Source: an uncultured archaeon (GTDB taxonomy: Archaea > Altiarchaeota > Altiarchaeia > IMC4 > SCGC-AAA252-I15). From it: a stretch of 13,742 bases of DNA. The position numbers were made by a program, and so were the translations under genes. The notes below the pieces were generated by a model. It was given only the letters and a program-made list of their open reading frames with translations, was not told where the DNA came from and did no database searches. Numbering within the stretch: the first letter of the stretch is position 1; the number at the start of each line of letters is the position of its first letter. The stretch lies in assembly GCA_964587725.1 (NCBI GenBank), contig CAZPLO010000012.1:23988-37729 (forward strand), in the 5' to 3' direction. Of this stretch, positions 1 to 7,299 are shown piece after piece.

Positions 1-521
1 ACTTCAACGTCCCGGGCTATTACGTCGCCAGCTCGCTTCGGGTTTTTAATTGACTGTATGGCGTCCTCGTGCATGGTCTTCACCAGCACATGCATTCTCT
101 TCAGTGTATTCTCGAACGGCATCTCCGTCGGGTCAAGGAGGTCCCGGATCACTATGGCTTTGTCTGTCTCATCCACCACCTCCGGGCCGACGGCCACCTG
201 AGTGAACTCAGTAACCGCCTCCCTCACCATGGCGTCTATCCTTTTGCTGGATTTCAACTCTATTATAGAATATCCTGTGAGGTATGCGCCCACCAGCAGC
301 CGGAACAGGTACCTGCCGTTTTCCCCCGATTCGATGTCTATTGTCTTCTTCTTCTGCGGCTTCTCGCCGGTAAGGCTGGGGTAGACCGTCAGGGTTCCGT
401 CTGACTGCTCTAAAACCCCCAGTGAATCGTTCTTTCCTATCCCGTGTTCCTGAATCCATTTCTTCGGCAGTGTTATCACATAGGATGAGCCGCCCGTCAG
501 CTGGACCTTACGTGCCTCCAT
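1..521 (-). CDS. Archaeal phosphate uptake regulator, AbrB/MazE-type DNA-binding N-terminus fused to PhoU domain(s); partial, runs off left edge
   Basis: Manual translation of the minus strand from ATG at 521 (alternative ATG at 530) gives MEARKVQLTGGSSYVITLPKKWIQEHGIGKNDSLGVLEQSDGTLTVYP...RLLVGAYLTGYSIIEL...GPEVVDET...LKRMHVLVKTMHEDAI...VIARDVEV, open to position 1. RKVQxTGGSSYxITLPKxW is the typical start of archaeal AbrB-PhoU regulators. The gene is divergent from pstS. It is absent from the ORF track because no stop lies in the window. Confidence 0.92.
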   Translation of the reverse strand, partial: MEARKVQLTGGSSYVITLPKKWIQEHGIGKNDSLGVLEQSDGTLTVYPSLTGEKPQKKKTIDIESGENGRYLFRLLVGAYLTGYSIIELKSSKRIDAMVREAVTEFTQVAVGPEVVDETDKAIVIRDLLDPTEMPFENTLKRMHVLVKTMHEDAIQSIKNPKRAGDVIARDVE

Positions 522-530
522 CTCAATCAT

Positions 531-608
531 CTATATATTTTATGTAGAACAACTATAAAAAAGTTAAGTTTATATATAGTTTGTGCCAATATAAATAGCG
601 ATAATAAG
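531..608. promoter_or_regulatory. Divergent archaeal promoter region for the regulator and the pst operon
   Basis: A very AT-rich 78-bp spacer in GC-rich DNA. TTTATATA at 569-576 (+), preceded by an A-rich tract, fits pstS. TTTTTATA on the minus strand (554-561) lies about 25-30 bp before the regulator start. Confidence 0.7.
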
Positions 609-1451
609 ATGGACTCGAATTTGATGAGGGGGACAATACTGTTCGCCCTGGCGGCCATCCTGATATGCTCAGGGTGTGTCGGCGGCGGAAACCAGCAGGC
701 AAATGTTGAGACGATAACTGTGGCGGGCTCCACGACCGTGCTGCCGATAGCACAGAAGACCGCGGAAGCATACATGGACACCCACCCCAACGCCGACATA
801 CAGGTGAGCGGAGGAGGCAGCAGCGTGGGAGTGAAATCAGTCGGTGAAGGAACCATGAGCATAGGGATGGCGTCACGGGACCTGAAGGACAGCGAAAAAG
901 AAGGCTACCCCGACCTGGTGCAACACGTGGTTGCGAAGGACGGGATAGCGTTAATCGTGTACGCATCCAACCCCATCGACTACCTGACCGTAGAGGACGT
1001 GAAGTCCATATACGACGGCTCATACACGAACTGGAACGAGGTCGGCGGAGACGACATGGAAATCGTGGTCATAGGACGGGACAGCGCCTCCGGAACCCGC
1101 GAGTTCTTCTGGGAGCACGTGATGGGCAAAGACGACTTCACGCAGGACATGCTGGAGATGAACTCCAACGGCGCCGTGAAACAACAGGTGTCCCAGACTC
1201 CAGGAGCCATAGGCTACGTCGGCCTCGGCTACATAGACGACACCGTAAAGGCGGTTGACATCGACACCGGCGACGGCACGGCAGAGGCGACAGTTGCTAA
1301 CGTCCTCGCAGGCGAGTACCCCATAGCCAGGTCGTTGAACATGTTCACCGACGGACAACCGACCGGGCTCGCAAAATCCTACCTCGACTACATAATGAGT
1401 CCTGAAGGCCAGGCAATAGTCGGAGAAGAGGGGTTCGTGCCTGTGACATGA
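609..1451 (+). CDS. pstS: Phosphate ABC transporter substrate-binding lipoprotein PstS
   Basis: Signal peptide with lipobox-like SGC; motifs AGSTTVLP, GGGSSVG, IGMASR, GRDSASGTREFF, GAIGYVG, YPIARSL. First gene of the pst cluster. Confidence 0.96.
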   Translation: MDSNLMRGTILFALAAILICSGCVGGGNQQANVETITVAGSTTVLPIAQKTAEAYMDTHPNADIQVSGGGSSVGVKSVGEGTMSIGMASRDLKDSEKEGYPDLVQHVVAKDGIALIVYASNPIDYLTVEDVKSIYDGSYTNWNEVGGDDMEIVVIGRDSASGTREFFWEHVMGKDDFTQDMLEMNSNGAVKQQVSQTPGAIGYVGLGYIDDTVKAVDIDTGDGTAEATVANVLAGEYPIARSLNMFTDGQPTGLAKSYLDYIMSPEGQAIVGEEGFVPVT

Positions 1452-1633
1452 ACGGACGCTGCCTTAACCCCCACAGATGCAAGCACTATGAGAAAGACTG
1501 TAGTGGAGAGTGCGTCCACTCAGTCTACGGAGACTGCTTCCACCCGCTGTTCTCAGCCGACGCGGACGTGGATGTACTGAAGACCCGGCGGCCTGCAGGG
1601 CCGCCGGACCCGATTTATTATGCGTTGAAGTAG
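1448..1633 (+). CDS. Putative small Cys/His-rich protein (61 aa), unknown function
   Basis: Its ATG overlaps the pstS stop (ATGA at 1448-1451) and it ends 9 bp before the permease ATG, filling the spacer. It has 5 Cys and 4 His in the first 32 aa. No family recognised. Confidence 0.45.
   Translation: MNGRCLNPHRCKHYEKDCSGECVHSVYGDCFHPLFSADADVDVLKTRRPAGPPDPIYYALK
1585..1607 (+). terminator. GC-rich stem-loop between pstS and pstC (attenuator or mRNA-stability element)
   Basis: Perfect 9-bp inverted repeat CCGGCGGCC-tgcag-GGCCGCCGG, followed by a T-rich stretch (gatttatt). The function is inferred. Confidence 0.5.
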
Positions 1634-1642
1634 AATACAGAG

Positions 1643-3490
1643 ATGATGCCTGACAGACTGAAGGACGCGGCAATCAGGACTGTGTTGTTTACGTCAGCCA
1701 TCTCCGCCGTATTGAGTGTCTGCTTCATATTCGCGTTCCTTCTCCGTGAAGGATACCCTGCATTGGAGGAAATCGGCCTTTCCGATTTCATATTCGGTGG
1801 CGAATGGAAGCCCACCGGCGAGCCCGGCAGCTACGGAATCTACCCCCTCATAGTCGGCAGCCTTCTGGTAACATTCGGAGCCATGGTATTCTCAGTGCCG
1901 CTGGGCGTGTGCAGCGCAGTCTACATCTCACAGCTCGCACCCACCAGGGTGAAGAACGTCGTCAAGCCGGCGGTCGAACTCCTGGCAGGAATACCGTCTG
2001 TGGTATACGGTTTCTTCGGACTGGTGGTGCTGAGTGACTGGATTAGGGTGGTCTTCGACCGCCCCACCGGCACCACGTGGCTGGCGGGCTCCGCAATACT
2101 TGGTGTTATGGCGTTGCCCACCATAGTCAGCGTCGCAGAGGACGCGATAAGCTCTGTGCTCCGCGAATACGGGGACGGCAGCCTCGCCCTCGGCGCCACC
2201 AGGTGGCAGACCATCCGGCTGGTGACGGTGCCGTCCGCTATTTCAGGGATAACGGCGGCGGTGATACTTGGGATGGGCCGGGCCATCGGCGAGACCATGG
2301 CGGTGATGATGGTCACAGGCAACGCTGCCGTAATACCGGAGCCGTTAACCAACGTGTTCTCGCCAGTGCGAACCATAACGGGAACGTTGGGTATTGAGAT
2401 GGGGGAGGTTGCGGTCGGCAGCCTCCACTACCACGCGCTGTTCGCCATCGCACTCGTGCTGCTGGTTATAACATTGCTGGTGAACTCCACAACCATACTG
2501 TCGCTTAGCAGGCTGCGGCAGGACGGCGGCTCCCACGGAAGCTATTGGAAGTACGCTGCAGCCCCCGCAGTCCTGTTACTGCTGTGGTTGGTTGGATTAC
2601 CAGCCACCTTAGCTCTTCTAACTCTATTCATGATAGGCCGCCGGCTGGCGGGGATGCTGTCTGCGGAGTGGAGTGAGCGCCTGGCGTTCACTGCCATCCG
2701 CGCGTCCGTGGCGGTGGTGTTACTGATACTGGGAGTAATCATGTATTATATTGTGGCGAACGGCCTGCCTGCGCTGAGCTGGGATTTCCTGACCCAGCCG
2801 CCGAGGGACTTGGGGCGGAGCGGCGGCATATACCCTGCGATCGTGGGAACACTCTACTTGGTGGCAGGGGCTATTGCGTTGGCGCTGCCGGTGGGTGTGG
2901 GGGCCGCCATATACTTGACGGAGTATACGAGGGAGAACACAGTGACCAAGGTTATCCGCGCAGGCGTTGATTTGTTGAACAGCACACCCTCCATAGTGTT
3001 CGGGTTGTTCGGGTTCGCGTTCCTCGTACTGTATTTGGACTTCGGCGTCAGCCTGATTGCCGGACAGATAACGCTGGCGTTGATGGTATTGCCCACAATC
3101 ATACGGACGACGGAGGAGTCTTTGAAGGCCGTTCCCGACGCGGTGAGGAGGGGCAGTCTCGCGTTGGGGGCTACGAAGTGGCAGACCATATGGGGTGTGG
3201 TATTGCCGCCTGCTCTGCCCGGGATACTGACGGGCGCCATATTGAGTGTGGGCCGTTCCGCCGGCGAGACTGCGCCGATACTGTTCACTGCCGCGGTGTT
3301 CAGCCAACGCTACCTGCCGGACTCCCTGACGGAGCCGGTGATGGCTCTTCCGTATCACCTGTTCATACTGTCCACCAACGTCCCAGGCTCGGAAACAGCC
3401 CGTTACGGGACCGCGTTGGTGCTGCTGCTGTTGGTGGTGGCAATCTATATGGTGGCCATCATTATACGTAACAGGAGGAGGATAGGGTGA
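1643..3490 (+). CDS. pstC-pstA: Fused phosphate ABC transporter permease PstC-PstA
   Basis: 615 aa with two permease halves. The PstC half has [37 protein letters not shown] and [10 protein letters not shown]. The PstA half has [31 protein letters not shown] and [11 protein letters not shown]. They are joined by a hydrophobic linker with no stop. Confidence 0.95.
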   Translation: MMPDRLKDAAIRTVLFTSAISAVLSVCFIFAFLLREGYPALEEIGLSDFIFGGEWKPTGEPGSYGIYPLIVGSLLVTFGAMVFSVPLGVCSAVYISQLAPTRVKNVVKPAVELLAGIPSVVYGFFGLVVLSDWIRVVFDRPTGTTWLAGSAILGVMALPTIVSVAEDAISSVLREYGDGSLALGATRWQTIRLVTVPSAISGITAAVILGMGRAIGETMAVMMVTGNAAVIPEPLTNVFSPVRTITGTLGIEMGEVAVGSLHYHALFAIALVLLVITLLVNSTTILSLSRLRQDGGSHGSYWKYAAAPAVLLLLWLVGLPATLALLTLFMIGRRLAGMLSAEWSERLAFTAIRASVAVVLLILGVIMYYIVANGLPALSWDFLTQPPRDLGRSGGIYPAIVGTLYLVAGAIALALPVGVGAAIYLTEYTRENTVTKVIRAGVDLLNSTPSIVFGLFGFAFLVLYLDFGVSLIAGQITLALMVLPTIIRTTEESLKAVPDAVRRGSLALGATKWQTIWGVVLPPALPGILTGAILSVGRSAGETAPILFTAAVFSQRYLPDSLTEPVMALPYHLFILSTNVPGSETARYGTALVLLLLVVAIYMVAIIIRNRRRIG

Positions 3491-4236
3491 AGTCTGTGTT
3501 GGAGACTAAGGGATTGAATCTATGGTACTATAGCGACCAGGTTCTGAAGGACGTTGACATGGATGTTGCTAGGAACCGGGTGACCGCGTTGATTGGGCCC
3601 AGTGGCTGCGGGAAATCCACGCTGCTCCGGTGCTTCAACCGGATGAACGATTTGATACCCGAATGCCGTATAGAGGGGAGCGTATTGTACAACGGCCGCG
3701 ACATTTACTCTGACGGCGTGGACGTGGTTGAGGTGAGGAAGAGGATTGGGATGGTGTTTCAGAAGCCGAACCCCTTCCAGAAGAGCATATACGAGAACGT
3801 AGCCTACGGCCCCAGGATACACGGCTTAGACGATGGATTGGATGGGAGAGTGGAGAAGGCCTTGAGGGACGCCGCATTGTGGGGTGAGGTGTCGGACAGG
3901 GTGGATGATTCCGCGCTGAGTCTGTCCGGCGGCCAGCAGCAGCGCCTGTGCATTGCGCGGGCTCTGGCGGTGGAGCCTGAGGTTATTTTGATGGACGAGC
4001 CCTGCAGCGCACTGGACCCTATCGCCACCGACAAAATAGAGGATTTGATACACGATCTGAAACAACACTACACCGTAGTTATGGTAACCCATAACATGCA
4101 GCAGGCCTCGCGGGTGAGCGACAGCACCGGCTTCATGTATTTGGGGGAGATGGTGGAGTACGGGGACACCATAAAGATTTTCGAGAACCCCGACGAGGAG
4201 TTGACGGAGAGATACATTACAGGGAGATTTGGTTAA
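3487..4236 (+). CDS. pstB: Phosphate ABC transporter ATP-binding protein PstB
   Basis: Walker [19 protein letters not shown], signature [15 protein letters not shown], Walker B ILMDEP and C-terminal YITGRFG. GTGA overlap with the permease stop. Confidence 0.97.
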   Translation: MKSVLETKGLNLWYYSDQVLKDVDMDVARNRVTALIGPSGCGKSTLLRCFNRMNDLIPECRIEGSVLYNGRDIYSDGVDVVEVRKRIGMVFQKPNPFQKSIYENVAYGPRIHGLDDGLDGRVEKALRDAALWGEVSDRVDDSALSLSGGQQQRLCIARALAVEPEVILMDEPCSALDPIATDKIEDLIHDLKQHYTVVMVTHNMQQASRVSDSTGFMYLGEMVEYGDTIKIFENPDEELTERYITGRFG

Positions 4237-4250
4237 GGGAGGGATAGGGT

Positions 4251-4901
4251 ATGGTCGAGAAATTCCACGAGAACTTGAAGGGGTTGAAGGATGATGTGCT
4301 GGAGATGGGTTATCTCGCGGAGGAGATGCTCCGGAAGGCTGTGGAGGCTCTGGTGAAACAGGACAACGGTTTAGCCGAGGAGGTGCATTCGCGGAAAGAC
4401 CGGCTGCGGGAGCTGGACGCCGATATAGAGGACCGGGCGCTGCACCTGATAGCGTTGTATCAGCCCGTCGCCAAGGACCTGCGGACGATAGCGTGCATGC
4501 TGAAGATGATAACTTATATCACGAGGATAGGCAGGTACGGGAAGGATGTTGCGGGCATAGAGTTGGACTTGGATGACAGGGAGGTCTGCCAGTGTCTCTC
4601 CAGCATTCCTAGGATGGGGGAGCTGGTGTGTTCGATGATAAAGGATTCGTTGAAGGCGTTCGAAACCGAAGACCTTGGGTTGATATCGAATTTCGAGTCC
4701 CGGGACGATACCGTGGACCAGATGAGGTACGACATATTCCGTGAGTCGGTGGAGTTGATGCGCGGCGGACACGAGAACATCCACGAATGCGCCAGCTACG
4801 CGATGGCCGCACGCTACCTTGAAAGATGTGCGGACCACGCCTGCAAGATAGCGGAGAAAGTTCACTACATGGTGTCCGGAGAACACGCGGAGATAAGATG
4901 A
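4251..4901 (+). CDS. phoU: Phosphate signalling complex protein PhoU
   Basis: Two PhoU repeats: LIALYQPVAKDLR...RIGRY and RDDTVD...ARYLERCADHACKIAEKV. GGAGG ribosome-binding site upstream. Follows pstB. Confidence 0.95.
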   Translation: MVEKFHENLKGLKDDVLEMGYLAEEMLRKAVEALVKQDNGLAEEVHSRKDRLRELDADIEDRALHLIALYQPVAKDLRTIACMLKMITYITRIGRYGKDVAGIELDLDDREVCQCLSSIPRMGELVCSMIKDSLKAFETEDLGLISNFESRDDTVDQMRYDIFRESVELMRGGHENIHECASYAMAARYLERCADHACKIAEKVHYMVSGEHAEIR

Positions 4902-5299
4902 AGGTACTTTTTATATGCACCCACAACTCCGCCCGCTCCCAAATGGCTGAATCCTACTTGAATCACATGTATGGAGACCGGCATCAGGGCTTCAGTGCCG
5001 GCACCCACCCTGCGGGACTGGACTCCCGTGCGGTGGAGGTTATGACCGAGGACGGCTTGGACGTCAGAGGCCAGATTAGCAAGAGCGTGGACGCCTTCCA
5101 GGACACCAGGTTCGACTTGGCGGTCACGTTATGCGGGAAAGCCCAGCGTTTCTGCCCCTTTTACGCCGGCGCCGGCGAACACCTCCACAAACCCTTTCCC
5201 GAACCCGCAACATTCACCGGCTCCGAAGGAGAGGTGATGGACCAGTACCGGAGCCTCCGCGACGAAATCAAGGAGTGGATTACGGAGACTTTCAGGTGA
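4898..5299 (+). CDS. arsC: Arsenate reductase, thioredoxin-coupled LMW-PTPase family
   Basis: The real start is probably ATG 4898 (ATGA overlap with the phoU stop). It begins MKVLFICTHNSARSQMAE (CX5R P-loop), has SAGT.P, and carries the resolving cysteine pair TLCGKAQRFCP typical of Trx-dependent ArsC. C-terminus YRSLRDEI. Confidence 0.85.
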   Translation: MKVLFICTHNSARSQMAESYLNHMYGDRHQGFSAGTHPAGLDSRAVEVMTEDGLDVRGQISKSVDAFQDTRFDLAVTLCGKAQRFCPFYAGAGEHLHKPFPEPATFTGSEGEVMDQYRSLRDEIKEWITETFR

Positions 5300-5343
5300 A
5301 TATAAACGAGTTATTATTTTCCGCTGGTGAGTAATATTTTCTT

Positions 5344-6777
5344 ATGTCTTCCGCCCGCAGCCGCCGTATTATAATCATCTTCCTGTTCGCTTTTTTTATT
5401 TCGTCTGACGTTCGCTTGCCTACAGTATGACTGGGTTGGCGGCGACGAATTCAACCTGCTTACGGGGGGCTGGCTGTACTCTAGAGGCTACGTCCCCTAC
5501 GTTGACTTTTACTTTAACCACAACCCGGGCATGCTTTTGATAGCGGCTGCGCCGCATTTTCTCCTAGACCGGCCGTGGTTTCTGGTGCGGGTTGTGTCGT
5601 CGGCGGTGGACTCCGCGAGCGTGGTGTTGGTTTACCTGCTGGGTAGGAGGTTATACGGGGGGAGGGCTGGCTTGGCGGCGGCGGCAGTGTATCTCCTGCA
5701 CCCACTTTCGGTTCTGGTTAACGCAACAACCATGTCGGAACAGTATATGCTGTTTTTCATGCTGGGGGGGGGTATTACCTCCTGACCAAGGAGGAGAACC
5801 ATTTAATCCTGGGGGCTGTGGCGTTGGCGGCCGCGTTCTATGTGAAGTTCTGGTCCATGGTGATATGGCTTCCACCGCTACTATATCTAATATACAATAG
5901 GAGGGTGCCCACAAGGGTTTTAGTCTGCGTGGCCGTGTCATCGGCGCTCCTGTTCATGCCGTTCATGGGATTGGCGGGGGCGGTGAAGACTTCCGCCGCC
6001 ACGTACCTCTACGGCAGAGGCACTGTTGGCCCGCAGACGTTGGTCGCAGCCACCCTCATAGTGGTGTTGGCTGTCCTGTATCAACCGTATGTGCTGCTGG
6101 CAGCCGACAGCTTCAGGAGCAGGGGTTCCATGAACTTCACCCACATATGGTATCTTACGAACATGCTGTTCCTGTTTTTCCCGTCGTTGTATGAACACCA
6201 CTTCCTACTAACCCTCCCCGCAGGAGCACTAGTGGCTTCGAAGAAGCTGGCGGACCTGGTGCAGAAGGGGGTGAAGTATTTCAGACTGGATTCGCCCGCG
6301 GCTAAGGCGGTGGTCGCCTTGATGCTGGTGCTAGCCTACTCACAACTCCTGGTCCTGAAGACGTCGAGGGGGGTCGGCTACCTCCCATTCGACCGTGAGG
6401 CGGTGGAGGAGGTGTCGGATTACGTAAGAGACAACACTGGACCAGGGGACAGAATAGTGGCGGACTACAACTTCTACGAGTACTTCTCCGGCAGGGAGAA
6501 CATTTTCAAGGGCGACTGGCATATCTGGAAGAGAGCCACTCCGCGGGAGTTCAGAGACGGCGTCGACGAAGCAGAGCTCGTGGTGGTAACCCAGTCAACA
6601 CACTGGGACAGATCATACCTCTACCCCCCAGACTCCCTAACCTACCTGAACAACCGCCTATGCATCAGAAAACAGCAAAGAGTCTCCAAAACCCATAACG
6701 TAACGGTCTACGGAACATGCGACAACCAAACACAACCTCCAGAACAACAGATAGCCAAACCGTCTTCCAGTATTTAA
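5344..6777 (+). pseudogene. GT-C fold (ArnT/PMT, GT39-like) membrane glycosyltransferase interrupted by two homopolymer frameshifts
   Basis: ATG 5344 gives MSSARSRRIIIIFLFAF. The frame shifts at T7 (5391-5397) to RLTFACLQYDWVGGDEFNLLTGGWLYSRGYVPYVDFYFNHNPG...LVYLLGRRLYG...SEQYMLFFMLGG. It shifts again at G9 (5764-5772) to YYLLTKEENHLILGAVALAAAFYVKFW... and continues to 6777. The DE motif after TM1, the PYxDF motif, multiple TM helices and the C-terminal soluble domain (YVRDNTGPGDRI) fit GT-C enzymes. Reconstructed length is about 476-477 aa. Confidence 0.8.
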
Positions 6778-6843
6778 CACCCCCTAATCCAATATATAGA
6801 TTGGCCGCCCAGCAATTGAAACACTAACAAAAAGAGGATTAAA

Positions 6844-6975
6844 ATGGTTAAGATAGAGAAGTTGGAGTTCGACTTGAGCAAATTCAAGTGCAGAAGATGC
6901 GGTGAACCACTGGATATGGTTGTCACATTGGACATAGACGCCTACCTGAAACAAGTCAAAAAATCCGACCCATGA
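6844..6975 (+). CDS. Small protein (43 aa) with one CxxCG motif
   Basis: MVKIEKLEFDLSKFKCRRCGEPLDMVVTLDIDAYLKQVKKSDP*. GAGG lies just upstream of the ATG and AATATATA at 6791-6798. It is below the ORF-track length cutoff. Confidence 0.55.
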   Translation: MVKIEKLEFDLSKFKCRRCGEPLDMVVTLDIDAYLKQVKKSDP

Positions 6976-7025
6976 AGGTGCTGCAGGATAAGCAATGAAT
7001 CCTAAACGCTATGAATAGACTTATC

Positions 7026-7049
7026 AAAAAAGCAAGAGAAAAAAAGAAA
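7026..7049 (-). terminator. Oligo-T tract downstream of the tRNA, probable archaeal terminator
   Basis: The minus strand reads TTTCTTTTTTTCTCTTGCTTTTTT about 60 nt after the tRNA 3' end. Confidence 0.45.
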
Positions 7050-7105
7050 CGGCTACTTAGCGTATGTCTAAGTATCCAGCAGCTGGTTTTGACCCTGAAC
7101 ATCTT

Positions 7106-7179
7106 AGCCCCTGGAGGGATTTGAACCCTCGGCCTACCGATTACAAGTCGGTCGCTCCGCCAGTCTGAGCTACAGAGGC
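7106..7179 (-). tRNA. tRNA-Thr(UGU), intronless, no encoded CCA
   Basis: Minus strand GCCTCTGTAGCTCAGACTGGCGGAGCGACCGACTTGTAATCGGTAGGCCGAGGGTTCAAATCCCTCCAGGGGCT. Acceptor stem GCCTCTG/CAGGGGC, anticodon arm ACCGA-CTTGTAA-TCGGT, T-arm GAGGG-TTCAAAT-CCCTC, discriminator U. Confidence 0.96.
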
Positions 7180-7299
7180 GTATGTGTGTCTCCTGCTTCT
7201 GCTTTCTTTCCGCCAACGCTTTCTTTCTAAGAAAGGGCTGCTACGGGGGCGTTTTAGAGACGTCTATGTTTTTAGGGTTTTTTGGTATTAAAGTGGGTT

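Noticed and set aside
69-459. ORF-track entries 69..404 (+), 202..384 (+) and 208..459 (-)
   Set aside because: They are shadow or off-frame ORFs over the real minus-strand AbrB-PhoU gene starting at 521/530.
4826-4897. N-terminal extension of arsC given in the ORF track
   Set aside because: It overlaps phoU. The family-typical start MKVLFIC at 4898 gives a clean ATGA coupling.
5531-6777. Two separate genes (84 aa and 319 aa) as listed in the ORF track
   Set aside because: They are consecutive parts of one GT-C protein. Coding sequence continues upstream of both listed starts to the homopolymer runs.
5300-7106. Integrated element at the tRNA-Thr 3' end
   Set aside because: I found no direct repeat of the tRNA 3' end and no integrase or other mobile gene in the window.
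6956-7216. 86-aa minus-strand ORF
   Set aside because: It runs through the tRNA gene and its terminator and has no protein features.
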